64,000 nucleotides of DNA from Eimeria praecox (GCA_963920595.1 OY986950.1:3348001-3412000); one strand, 5' to 3'. Shown: positions 20,758-34,073, numbered from the stretch's first letter. Numbers and translations: made by a program. The notes: generated by a model from the letters alone, not told the origin.

Positions 20758-21592
20758 AGACAAAAGCCCCAAAACACTTTGCATGCATGCATGCATGCAT
20801 GCATGCATGCATGCAGGAGCTTGAGAGATACCCCCAGAACCGCAATTGGGGCTTTAGTACTCGTCACAGACCCGTAGACAGAGCAGCAGCAGCAGCTGCT
20901 GCTGCTGCTGCTGCTGTTTCTGCTGCTGCTGTTGTTTCTGCTGCTGCTGCTGCAGACTCAACAGGGTCGGCACGGTGCCCAGGTGCCAACGCATGCAGTT
21001 TAACCCGTGGGGCGAAAACCACAACCTGCCAGCAGCAGCAGCAGCAGCAGCGGCAGCAGAGTCCGCTGCAGCAGCAGCACGAGCAGCAGCAGCTGCAGCA
21101 GGAAAGCCTGTTGAAGGCATTCCTCCTTAGCAGCGAGGGGAGAGAGATCTGTCTGCAGCAGACAAATCTCCTGCAGCCTCCTAGGGTTGTGGGGTTTGTC
21201 TCTGCGGTGTCTGTCTCCTCCTTTAGACACTCAGCAGCAGCAGCAGCTGCAGCAGCAGCAGCAGCAGTTGTTGTTGTTGTTGTTGTACTTTGGTTTTGTC
21301 TTTGTCTTTTCTTTTATTCTTATAAAGTGTAGGAAGCGTAGACTGCGGTGCTTATGAAAGGGGGGGGGTTGAAGGCTTTGCTTATATAGAGATGTAGGTA
21401 TAGATTTATATTTAGATAGATAGAGAGATACAGATATATAGATAGCCATGTAGGTAGATAGATAAATGTATATATATATATATATATAGGAATAGATATG
21501 GGTGTAGATATGCACGTGTACGTATAGATATATAGATATACAGGTAGGTAGCTACTTGTATGTATATAGTTGTATGGACACTACATGTATGT

Positions 21593-21667
<75 letters not shown>

Positions 21668-23201
21668 GAAAAGAGTATTCTGTAGATCATAAAGATTTGC
21701 CTATGTGTAAGAAGGGGGTGTTTTGTATGTTGTTATTTTCTAGGGCTGTACATCCATATCTTTGTAGACAAGTCAAATTACTAGAAAGAGAAGAAACAAT
21801 TAAATTATGCTTCAACTTTTAAAAACAAAAGAAAATTGCAGGCTACTGTCTCTCTCGCCCCACCCCCCCCCCCCCACCGTTGCCTACCTCGATAGGCGGT
21901 GTTGTCCCTCCTTCTTGCTGCTGTCTTCCCTTCAATGCATGCGCTGCGCTGACAGCCCCGAAGGAGGCAGAAGAAAGATAGAGGATGCAGCGGTGTAGAT
22001 CTGGTCTCGTCTTCTGAGGTGTATGTACACAACCCCTCTCGGGGGCCCCTCACCTTCTGCTGCAGGCGAGGCTAAATCTGCTTACAAGAAATTGCTGTCT
22101 CCTTCAGCTATCTGCTGCAGCACCCCCGCCTCCCCTTCCCCCCCCCCCCGTGTCCCCTTAGAGACAGTCAAGGGGACAGTTGTCTACTCCCCTCTACTTA
22201 CCATCCCAGGTTTTCTTTCTAAATCCCATAGTGAGGGAAAGAACCTTCAGCCCTTTACGCCTTGGCCTGCCAGCCTCTGGGGCTGCACTGTATGGGGGAC
22301 AGCAGGGCGAGGGCTCTTCCTGTAGGCTTTGCTAGCAGCAGCGTCTCCTCCTCAGCCTGTCCTCCCGGTAAGGGGGTGGGGGGGGGACTGAGGAGGCCCT
22401 GCCCTGCTCTCTTAGAATGTAAGGAGTACAGGTCTTTCTCTATCCCCAAGCATCAGAAGCATCAATACTAACAGGGATTTGAAGTTTGTTCTATACGGCG
22501 TAGTAAAGTGTCGATAGACAAAAGAAGGCTGACAGCCTCGAGCATTAAAATATTTTATTTGCGACTCTATACCCAGCAAAATTCATAAAAGGACCTACAT
22601 GTCCTTCTCTCCGCGGAGTAAGTAAGCAATTGTCTATCAGACACTCCCCCCCCCTCCCCCCCCCCGCCCCCCTCCTTCCCCCTCTGCTGGATTCCTTCCC
22701 CCCCAACGCCCTCTGATAACCTGATAGGAGGTCTGGAGAGACTCACTCATAGCCGCACAACCCTATCCTTCTACAGTTGAAGCCCTACAGAGACAGAGGG
22801 CAGATGGTTGGGAATGTACGAAGAAAGCGCAGGATCGTAAGCCTTCAAATAGAAATGAAAGGATGTGCGTAGGAGTTACATTTTACGAAAGATTCTGCTT
22901 GGCCTTAACGCGATTTACTCTACCTAATCTGTTAATTTGTTTTCTATGGTGTAGTAATGAATGTATTGTTTAATATTTTCTTACTACTTATTGTAAGATT
23001 TGATACTTAGATTTTATTATATTGTTGTTTTTTGTTGTGAGTCAAAGATAATAATATCTCCCTTATTATATTCTCGTCTAAAATATAATATTGAAGTTTA
23101 TGCAATTTTTATTTGTATTGAGTTCAAACGCTTTGCGACGCACGTCGAAAAACTCAAAAAGGTCCCCGCGCCCTGAGAAGGGCTAGCATATATATAAAGA
23201 T

Positions 23202-23267
<66 letters not shown>

Positions 23268-24552
23268 TATGTGTATGTATATGTAAATGTATAGGGTATT
23301 ATACAGTCTACTGAGTCCCCTCCTCGAGATATAAGCAAACCGTCAATCTCGGTTTTTGAAGTCAACTCGGGGTTGTATCAGAATATCATGCATGGAGGAG
23401 ATCTTTAACTAAACTTAGAGGGAATAGAAAACGAGGATATTTGATTAAATAAATAGGAGAGAGATGACATGAATAGAAGACGGAGGATCGCTTGAGAGAA
23501 ACACTTCCTTGGGAGCATCTACTAGCGTTTCAAAATGTCGTAGGGGCTAATATAAGTTTGTTTAATTTTGAAGAGAGAGCATCATAAGTTTGAGACGTTT
23601 ATGCAAACGCTGTAAAGAACAGCTTTATCTCGGGACATAGAAGATTTGTGAGGGCCTTCAGCTTCATCTGTTAACAAGAGGTAGAGGAAGGGGAGTAGAT
23701 CACTTACGATGTTTTCATTGTCTCCTTACTTGAAAGAGGGGATCCCCTTCGCCGTTCGCCTGTCTCCCCACATACACATCGCTTTGACGCTGGGCTTGGA
23801 AGCCCCGCCCTCCCCCCCCCCCCCCCCCCTGCCCCTTCCCCCACAAAATTTTGTTCTCGTTAACAGTTGGGGTAACCGCAATAACTCACCATCCCCAACG
23901 CTCTCCTGCAGCTAAGGTAGCCTCAGTTGAACAGCTGCATGCATGCTGCGTGAGCCGGGGGAGCCATATGCCTTCGCCAGCAACACCAGTAGCAACAGCA
24001 GCAGCTGCTGCTGCTACAGCAGCAAAAGAAAAAGAAAGTGCTCATCTTCGCTGCTGATAGATAAGTGGATGGTTGATTAACTGCGGTGTTTGTGATTACA
24101 TAGAAGACAAGGATGCATGAGCTTGCATGCAGGGGTGCAGTGCTGCTGGAGCTGCAGCAGCAGCTGCTGCAAGGGAAGCAGCAGATTCTATCATGAGTTG
24201 CAGCAGTAGCTCCTGCTGCAGCTCATGATAGAATCTGTTGCTTCCTCTCTCCACAAGGTGTCTACCTGTAGGAGTCCGCCTCAAGGATTTCTTCAGAAGC
24301 TAAAGTATCTTAATATTAATATTCTTACAGCTCGCGACGATCTTCGTCTAAGATCGAGGGCTTTCCGTGTAGAGCTTCCTCTCTCTACTGTCTCTTCAGG
24401 CCTTCCCTCCCCTGTTCAGCAGTCTGGGAGACAAGACAACACTTCATCTGCTCCTTACGTAAACTATCGTGTTGTCTTCCCTTCCTCCCCCCAACCCCTT
24501 TGAAACAATCAACAAGGTGGCTGGCCCCCCAGCAGCTCCTGTGTCTCTCTTG

Positions 24553-24583
<31 letters not shown>

Positions 24584-24906
24584 ACGATGACTACGACGTG
24601 TCTTGTCCTCAGAAGCTGACTAGCGCTAGCTGCCTTTGCTCTGCAGCGAGTTCTTTCGGTAGTAGCAAAGGCCCCTCGCTAGCAGCAACATAATAAGAAT
24701 ATTTTTTAATATAATGTAATTTAAATGCAGCTAATAACACTAATTTCTAATGTAAACACTGAGTGCAACCAGTAGTATCCTTCCTCGTATTTTTTACTGT
24801 CCTCCTACACTCTCTGAACGGCCTGATGGCTACAGCAGCTAGAGCCCTTGGGGCTGAGGCTAATAGTGGTAAGGAGAGGAGACACAGGAGACAGATGCTC
24901 TCATAC

Positions 24907-24952
<46 letters not shown>

Positions 24953-25565
24953 TTTTGTTGCAACGAATGCTGCAAAGACAGACCTGCATGCATGTGTAAG
25001 CAAGACCTCTTTGGCGCAGGCTGTCTCTGTGTGTCTCCCCTTCTACGAGACAGACAGATAGAAAACAAGGAGACAGATATATAACAAACTCAGACAGCAT
25101 ACAATACAGGGCTTTCTGTTGCATGCAATTGTGCCTCCTCTACCACTAGTAGCCCCCCCCTCCCGCTGCAGGGCTCGCAGACACACAGACAGACATTGCT
25201 GCCAGCAGCAGCAGCAGCTGCTGCTGCTACCCCTGCTCCTGTTGCTGCTGCTGCTGTTGTTGCTGTTGCTGCTTGCAGGCAGACATACAGACATCGTCGC
25301 TGCTAGCTGTTGGTGTTGCAGCTGCTGCTGCTGCTGTGTGTCAACCCTTCTCCCCCCCCCCCCCCCCCCCCTTCCCCCCCGATAGGCGCCCTTTAAGTAT
25401 CAGCAGCAGCAGCAGCAGCAGCAGCAGCTCGAGTAGAGACTGTATCGACAGCAGCAACAGGAGCAGCAGCAACAGCAGCAGCTGCTGTCGGTGCTGCCGA
25501 TTCTGGGGGGTTGTGGTGGGGGCGCTGGGGCTGGGCGTCAGGTTGCTCGGCGTCCTCTGTGTTTG

Positions 25566-25611
<46 letters not shown>

Positions 25612-25768
25612 ATTGTTGTTGTTGTTTTATATGTTTGTTTGTATTTTTGCTGTTTTTTGATGTTTTTAAGAAGAAGATATACGAGCACTTATCCTCAAAA
25701 GAGCTGCAACGCCCTTCTTCTTTGGGTCTGTGGTGTCGCTGTGTATATACAGCCGGGGCAGGGGCCGC

Positions 25769-25821
<53 letters not shown>

Positions 25822-25943
25822 CGTTTGCTGAATCTTTTCGTGTTTTTGCTGCTGTCTTTTTGTTGATTTGTCTCTCGAGTAATAACTCATTTCTCCTTTC
25901 CCGCATATATCTGCAGTACGCTAGCACAGCTGGGGGCTGAGCT

Positions 25944-25997
<54 letters not shown>

Positions 25998-26195
25998 AGC
26001 TTAAGAACTCGGCTTGTCTGCTGCACTTTTTCCTTCTCTCTGACTCCCCTTCGCAGATCTGCTGTATATTAACCGCAGCAGAGCTGCAGCAAGTAGGGCA
26101 TCAAACCCAGCAGCAGCAGCAGCAGCAGCAGACGCAGCAGCAGCAGCAGCAGCAGCAGTAGGAGCAGCAGCAGCAGCAGCAGCAGCAGGCTCACC

Positions 26196-26314
26196 ATGAA
26201 GCCCGCCGACTCCGAAGCCCCTTCAACAGCAGCAGAAGCCCGCAGCACCAGCATCGGTACACCAGCGGAGACGCCTACAGGGCATACAGCTCGTCGCCCC
26301 TCCTCCTCCTCTAC

Positions 26315-26346
<32 letters not shown>

Positions 26347-27412
26347 GAGGCTGCAGCAAATCCAACGGAAATGTGGGGTGTTGCTTCAGCCTCTGTATCG
26401 ATATATTCTTCTACTCCGCTGTTGTCCTTCTAGCAGCAGGTGAGAGACATGAAGGCGTAGCTAGCTAGCTAGCTACACCTAGATAGCTAGCTAGCTGACT
26501 AGCTACTCAGCTAGCTAGCTACTCAGCTAGCTAGCTACTCGGCTAGCTAGCTACTCAGCTAGCTAGCTAGCTAGCTAGCTAGGTGCTGCTGTATGAGTTT
26601 ATGTGTCTCAACGTGCCCCTATAAATTGTAGCTTAAGGGGTGGCGGGGGGGGGCCTTAGGCCTTGGGTATATCTGTGCATTCATCTGCTGCTGTTGCTGC
26701 TGCTGCTGTTGCTGCTGGTGCTGTTGCTGCTGCTGCTGCTGCTGCTGCAGTTGCTGGTATTTTGTATGGATTGCCTCCTTCTCATTGGCTGCATGCGGAG
26801 GTTCGAAGGATTCTGTCTGCTGTCTCTTCTTCTTCTTTCTCGGCTTCAGCTCTTCAGCTTGTAAGATAAGCAGCCCCATGCATGCATGCATGCATGCAGT
26901 TAATTGAGGTGTATGCATGCATGCATGCATGCATGCAGTTAATTGAGGTGTAGACAAACAAATCCGAGAAGACACAAAAAAAAGAAAAGCCCCAAATACC
27001 ATATTAAACATACACCTCAAATACATGCATGCATGCATGCATGCATGCATGCATGCATTTAATTGAGGTGTATGCATGCATGCATGCATGCATGTATGTA
27101 TGTATGTATGTATGTATGTATGTATTTGAGGTGTATGTTTAATATGGTATTTGGGGCTTTTCTTTTTTTTTGTGTCTTCTGGGATTTGTTTGTCTCCTTC
27201 TTCTTATAATTATATTTTCATTTGTATCAGGATATCTATCTCTCTCTCTGCCTCTCTCTGTCTCTGTCTCTGTCTGTCTCTGTCTCTCCCTCTGCCTGTC
27301 TTCATCTCTCTGTCTTTATCTATCTGTCTCCTTCTGTCTCTGTTTGTCTCTCTTTTCTTGTTGATTTATTTAATATTGTATCTTTCTCTCCTGTTCTTCT
27401 TCTGTCTCCTTT

Positions 27413-27468
<56 letters not shown>

Positions 27469-27729
27469 GTGTGTGTGCTTACTTGAAGGGGGATCGTCTC
27501 CGTACAGTAGCAGGGGAGTTAGAGGGGACAGCAGCAGATAATCTGTCTCCTTATCTTCTGTCTCTTGCTGCCTGGCCGTATCTAGATGCTGCTGCTGCAG
27601 CTATCTTCAGTGTCTTGACAGTGTTGTTAGTAAGAGGATTGATGAAGAGTATGATATCATACAAAAGAGAGAGAGAAATAGAAGGTGAGCACACACCTCC
27701 TTTAATGCATAGACTGTCTCCTTTGGGTT

Positions 27730-27802
<73 letters not shown>

Positions 27803-27849
27803 TTGTATTTTTTGCTTAGAAATATTACGTTGTTTTCTCTCTATCTATC

Positions 27850-27912
<63 letters not shown>

Positions 27913-28862
27913 TGTCTCCTCTGTCTTGTTGCTGTTTGCTGCTGTCTCCTCTGTCTTGTGCTTCGCTGTCTTTGCTGCTGCTGTATCCTGTCTCCTCCGT
28001 CTCTCTTTACTTGCTGCTGCTGCTTCTGGTGTCTCCTGCTGCTGCTGCTGTTGCTGCTGTTGCTGTTTTCCCCTGTATGTTATATTTGTTGTTTGCTGCT
28101 GCTGCATCGCTTCTTATCGTCCTTGAGTTGCTGCTGCCGCTGCTGCTGCTGCTGCTGCTGTTTCTGCTGCTGCTGCTGCTGTTTCTGCTGCTGCTGCTGC
28201 TGCTGCTGCTGTTTAGTAAACCCGCCAGCAATTCGTTATTGTCGCAATCAAATGACGTTAGAAGAATACAACAGAAGGGATGGGACATACGCAGCAGTAC
28301 AGGAGCTTATGTCTTCTCCCGGTAGGCGTAGTTGACTGTCTGCTGTCTCTGTCTCCTGTCTCCTCTGTCCGTCTCCTCTCTCTGTCTCCTCTCTCTGTCT
28401 CCTGTCTCCCCTCTCTGTCTCCTCTCTCTGTCCCCTCTCTCTGTCTCCCCTCTCTGTCTCCTTCTCTCTGTCTCCTGTCTCCTCTCTCTGTCTCCTGTCT
28501 CCTCTCTCTGTCTCCTCTCGCTGTCTCCTGTCTCCTTCATCTTGCCCCCCTTCTCTGTCTCCTTTCTCTGTCTCCTTTCTCTGTCTCTTTTGTCTGTCTC
28601 CTTTTGTCTCTGTCTCTGTCTCCTTTCGTTTGTTTTGTCTCGGCTGTCTCCTCTCTCTGTCTCCTCTCTCTGTCTCCTTTCTCTGTCCCCTTCTCCCTCC
28701 TGACTGTCTCCTTTATCTGTCTCCTTTGTCTGTCCCTTCGTAATATCATACTGTCTCCCTCGACTGCTCCTCCTGCTGCTGCTGTTGCTGCTGCTGCTGC
28801 TCCTCCTCCTCCTCCTCCCCCTGCTGTTGCTGCTGCTGCTCCTCCTCCTCCTGCTGCTACTG

Positions 28863-28926
<64 letters not shown>

Positions 28927-29123
28927 ATGCAGAGTTTCAGGCATTGAAGGCGCAGCGGGCGTCAATGGGCATCGAGGCGTGGAACTGGCAGAGGCGAGTG
29001 AAGTCTGCTGGTGCTGCTGCTGCTGCTGAGGGAGAAGAAGAAGAAGAAGAAGATAATGATGTGTTAGATAGCTCTCAAGAAGAAGAGACAGAAACAGAAA
29101 CAGAGACAGATACTGCTGCTTGA
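26196..29123 (+). CDS. Hypothetical membrane protein (~281 aa, two TM segments, acidic tail, NEMP-like C-terminal motif)
   Basis: Exons 26196-26439, 26751-26860, 27489-27684, 28217-28321, 28933-29123, all GT-AG and phase-consistent. TM1 [22 protein letters not shown]2 [19 protein letters not shown]; then [30 protein letters not shown] and an E/D-rich C-terminus. Confidence 0.75.
26877..27195. repeat. (TGCA)n tracts with repeated TTAATTGAGGTGTA units and a ~75-bp inverted repeat
   Basis: Arms 26952-27025 and 27121-27195 are reverse complements except for one mismatch and one 1-nt indel. Confidence 0.92.
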
Positions 29124-29485
29124 GTATGCTCGGATTGAACCCAACATCCTCCTCCTGTTGTTGCTGCTGCTGCTGCTGCTGTTCTTATGCTGCTGCTGCT
29201 GTGGCCTTGAATTGCTGCAGCAAATAATTTGCTGCTGCTGCTGCTGCTGTTCTTGCTGTTGCTGCTAGGGCTGAAGCAGTGAGAACAGGCTAGAAGAGCC
29301 GAAGAGACAGGAGGCAGCTGAGGTGCTGTAGAAGGGAGACCTTGCTGCTGCTGCTGCTGCTTCATGGAGACAGTTTGTCTCTAAGCAGCAGACAATGGCT
29401 GGAGCAGTGGGAGGGTTAGAGAGACAGAAAGAGAGGGAGAGACAGAGAAAGAGATAGAGACAGAAACAGACAGAGAGAGACAGAC

Positions 29486-29528
<43 letters not shown>

Positions 29529-29930
29529 GAGGCAGAGAGAGAGGCAGAGACAGAGGCAGAGAGGGAGAGGGGGAGAGAGAGAAACAGTGTTTGAGGGAAG
29601 AGACAGCTCGTGCTGCTGTCTCCGTGCTAGAAAGGGAGACTGTCTCCTCGAGAGACACGTTCTTCTGTCTCCTTTGTATCTCCTGCAGTTCTGAAGGGCA
29701 ATGATGTGGCCTTCAGGGAGGGGGGTCTTGCTGCTGCTGCTGAGCTGCTGCTCCTGCTGCCGCTGAGCTGCTGCTGCTGCTGCTGAGCTGCTGCTGCTGC
29801 TGAGCAGCAGCAGCTGGGTGCTGCAGGCAGCAACAGCAGCAGGCTGCTGGGGGATACTTGCTGCAGTAGCAGCTCTGCTGCTGCAGCAGCAGCGGCTCTT
29901 CTGCTGCTGCAGCAGCAGCAACAGCAGCAG

Positions 29931-29981
<51 letters not shown>

Positions 29982-30290
29982 AGGGTAATGAGGCAGAAAT
30001 ATCACGTAGAAGGAATCCCCGAACATTTACAACTTTGTATTTTGTTTTCTCTTACGGTATTTTTACAAAAAACTTTGGGGGAAGCAGAAGGAGAAATTGA
30101 AGGGCCGCTGAGAGACCCTAGCTGCTGCTGTTCCTCCTGCTGCTGCTGCTGCTGCTACTTCTGCTGTTGCTGCTGCTGTTGCTGCTCCTCCTGATGTTGC
30201 TACTGCTGCTGTTGTTGTTGCTGTTGTTGTTGTTGCTGTTATCTTTTGAGGGGGCTTGAGCTTAGGAGGCAGTAGGCTGGGCCGAAGCCA

Positions 30291-30425
30291 TCCTTTGGGA
30301 TCGTATCCTTTGAGATCGTCTCCCTTGGGATCGTCTCCTTGGAGATCGTCTCCTTTGGGATCGTCCCTGTGGGGTCGTCTCCCGTGGGATCGTCTCCTCT
30401 GTGGGGTCGTCTCCCCACTGGGATC
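30291..30425 (+). repeat. 15-bp minisatellite (GGGATCGTCTCCTTT-like)
   Basis: About eight degenerate copies, intergenic. Confidence 0.8.
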
Positions 30426-30866
30426 GAGGGGTTTTGTAGTTTGTAGGGGAGACGGAGGGTTGCTCATCAAAGCAGATAGGACTCTAAACGTGTCTCTTCT
30501 CTGTCTCCTCTATCTTTCTCTATTTGTCTCTATCTCTTTCTGTCTGTCTGTCGTCTCCACCATATATATAAATACATCTATCTATCTATCAATTGCCTGT
30601 CTCCTTACCTGTCTCCTTAGCTCTCTACAAACTGTGGGGTATCAAACTTTGTAAGAAAAGAGACAGCAGACAGCCCCCTTGGCCCCGCCTACCCCCCCGC
30701 CCCCCCCCTCCTACAACCAACAGCAGCAGCTGCTGCTGCTGCTGCTGCAGCAGGTTTTGCTGCTGTTTATGTTGCTGAGGGAGGCTAAGCTACAGGGGCC
30801 ATAAGCCTTCTCTGTTCATAAAGAAAAACAGGACAGATGAAGCAACTATCTAAAATAAATTTACAA

Positions 30867-31098
30867 CAGAGACTCAAGGGGTTAGGGTTTAGGGTTTAGG
30901 GGTTAGGGGTTAGAGACTCAAGGGTTTAGGGTTTAGGGTTTAGAGACTCAGGGGTTTAGGGTTTAGGGTTTAGGGTTTATCTAAGGAGCAACACCTCTGC
31001 TCAAACATTCTGCATTTCTATCTTTCCATATTTCAAACCCTAAAACCCAAACCCTAAACCCTAAACCCCAAACCCTAAACCCTAAACCCTAAACCCTA
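30867..31098. repeat. Inverted pair of telomere-like arrays: (TTTAGGG)n, short spacer, (CCCTAAA)n
   Basis: G-rich units ~30878-30979 (with AGAGACTCA three times), C-rich units ~31035-31098; intergenic. Confidence 0.92.
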
Positions 31099-31454
31099 GA
31101 TCGTGAGGCGGAGCCGAATCGATGCTGCGTTAGAAAGAAGATATAAAACGAATCTTAAAATAAAAAAATAAGAAGAAAAGAATAAAATAAAAACCTTAAA
31201 CATATTATATATATATATATATATATAGCTGGGGATCTACTTGGGGTGTCTGTCTGTCTGTGTTGCTAGCCGTTGAGCCTTGTGTTGTATATCTTGTATA
31301 TTATATTATATTATATTATAAAGTCTATAAAAAACTAAAATTATATTTTATTTTAATTTAATTATATTATTTTTATTATTATTTGTTGGATAGATATCGT
31401 TCAAACACCTCAACTAACACGCAGCAGCAACTTCTCTCTCTGCTCGGGCCTGTC

Positions 31455-31498
<44 letters not shown>

Positions 31499-31877
31499 CA
31501 GCAGCAGCAGCAGCAGCAGCAACAGCCCCAGCACATCCTTGTTTTTGTTGTTTTTTTCTTTATTTTTTATTCTTTTTTGTTTATTTTAATTATTTCTCTT
31601 CTTACAATTAATTCTATTTAGGATATACTACCCTAGAACGGCCCCGCTGCTTCAACGGCCTCAGTCTTAGGGCGCTATCAACATCGATTGTCTCGAACAC
31701 AACATAGCAGCAGCAGCAGCAGCAACAACAGCAGCAACAGCAGCAGCAACAGCAGCAGCAACAGCAGCAACAACAGCAGCAGTAGCAGCATCATCATCAG
31801 TATTAGTAGATATATATTTATAGTTTTTTATTTTTTTTTGAGGTGTATATACACCCGATATATCTTTAGAAGACTCA

Positions 31878-32022
31878 ATGGCTACGCTAACAACAACTAA
31901 TATATCTTTCTCTGTTTTTTATTTGCTTAGAAGGATATTCTCTTTAATTATTTTTATGTGTTTTGTTTATTCTGTAACTGGTGAGCTGTATAGACACTGT
32001 CTGCTGCTGCTGTTGCTGCTGC

Positions 32023-32078
<56 letters not shown>

Positions 32079-32170
32079 TCTCCTTTCGTTTGTCTTCTTT
32101 CTTACTGTAGTATTTAACTATTACGAATTGTCTCCTCTCCTTTTATATGAGCTATCTCCTTCTACTTTAT

Positions 32171-32250
<80 letters not shown>

Positions 32251-32818
32251 TTCTCTCTGTGTGTTTGATACAGGGGCTACAGGCATTGTAAGAAACACTG
32301 TCTCCTCTGTTTTTATAAACACTGTCTCCTCTGTTTTTATTCTGTCTCTTTTTTTTATTCTTTTATTTATTCCATATACTTTCTTCAATCTTGCTGCTCA
32401 ATTCGGGTGTATAGGGAGCTACATTCGGGTGTATAGGGACCTCCTTGTCTCCCTCAACAAACCCCCAGACAAATATTTGTTTATATATATCTTTTCTAAT
32501 AATATTAATAATAATATACTATAATATAATAATATAATAATACAATACTATAATATAATAATATAATACTATAATACTATAATAATATAATAATATAATA
32601 ATATAATAATATAATAATATAATAATATAATAATACAATAATATAGTAATATAATAATATAATAATATAATAATAATAATAAACTCTTAATGTTGTGTAT
32701 GTATGAGATGTGGAGATGTGTATGCATGCGTGTTATATATATAGGTGGGGTTGTTGTACTTGGTGGGGTTGTTGTACTTTATTAGTATTATTACTATTAT
32801 TATTATTATTATTATTAC

Positions 32819-32868
<50 letters not shown>

Positions 32869-33180
32869 GATAGATAGATAGATATATTTGTGTTATGTAG
32901 GTGGGGTTGTTATATAATATTAAACAACCCTACAATTATAATATTACTTATACTACTAATATTATTATTATTATTTATTAAGTATGGTTTTGTTTGAGTG
33001 TACTTCGTGTTTATTAGGTGGGGTTGTTGTAATATGTGTTACTAGGGTGGGGTTGTTATATTGTTGTAGATAGTTATATATAGTTATAGATTTTTATATA
33101 TAGCTAGATATAACTACATATATAGTTATATATAGTTATATATAGTTATATATTTAAATATATTTAAATACATTTAAATG

Positions 33181-33278
<98 letters not shown>

Positions 33279-34035
33279 TATGTATTGTTATGTATAGGAA
33301 GAAGATCAAGAAGACTTAGGTGTCTTACAAGATGTCTTAGATAAATATTGTGAGGGGACATGTGTGTCTTCTATATCGAAGTTTGCTGGAGAGGAGCCAT
33401 GTAAGTATGCTGCTGCTCGTTTAATATCAGGTACACCTGAGGGGGGAATGTGGGGTTGTTTTGCTGCTGTTGGTGGTGTGGGGTTAGCAGCAGGAAAGTG
33501 TATAAGCGATTGTTCTGAGCCTATACTGTGTGTACACTCAAACACCAGCAGCAGCAGCAGCAGCAGCAGTACAACTAGTAGCACTAGACGTACTACAGGA
33601 AGAGGCAGCATCAGCACTATTACAACAACAGGAAGAAGCATGATAAGCACAAGCAGCAGCAGCAGCAGCAGCACAACAAGCAGCACGAGCAGTACTGTAA
33701 GCAACGGCAGCAGCAACAGCAGTGCCACTAGCAGCAGCACCATCAGCACAACTGTTAACGACAACAGCAACAGCAACGACAGCAGCAACAGCAACAGGAG
33801 CAGGATCAGCAGCAGCAGCAGCAGCAGCAGCAACACCGAGGGAAGTAATAAGACAGCTACAAGCACAAGCACAAGCATACAAGGCAGCAGCAGCAACAGC
33901 AGCATAGTAGGAGACAGCCCCGGCGCCCCTAGCAGCCATATTATGTTGAGCACCAGCACCACTCGAACGACGCTACCAAGCACCACCAGCAGCAGCAGCA
34001 GCAGGAGCAGCAGCAGCAGCAGCAGCAGCAGCATA

Positions 34036-34073
<38 letters not shown>

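Noticed and set aside
20780..20815. (TGCA)n runs (also 38383-38410 and 63749-63767) as specific ApiAP2 binding sites
   Set aside because: TGCATGCA is a known AP2 motif but also an abundant non-coding repeat in Eimeria; these copies are in 3' or intronic positions.
22410..22615. Minus-strand fragments reminiscent of Ty3/gypsy RT-RNase H (..NFAGYR.., VSIDASDAWG, DRERPV)
   Set aside because: The fragments are in different frames, their spacing is too short, and no LTR, YxDD or integrase motif is visible. Chance resemblance is likely without a tBLASTn hit.
23118..23157. Imperfect hairpin TTGAGTT..CGACG-CA-CGTCG..AACTCAA
   Set aside because: Short, bulged stem with no tRNA, snoRNA or snRNA boxes; expected by chance.
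24225..25940. Short ORFs upstream of the membrane-protein gene (e.g. FLQKLKYLNINILTARDD, KKIYEHLSSKELQRP)
   Set aside because: Could not be joined into a phase-consistent gene and carry no recognisable motif. A small gene here cannot be excluded.
30063..30654. ORFs encoding GDDPK/GDDLK or SSPLG pentapeptide repeats
   Set aside because: Product of a 15-bp minisatellite; no supporting exon chain on either strand.
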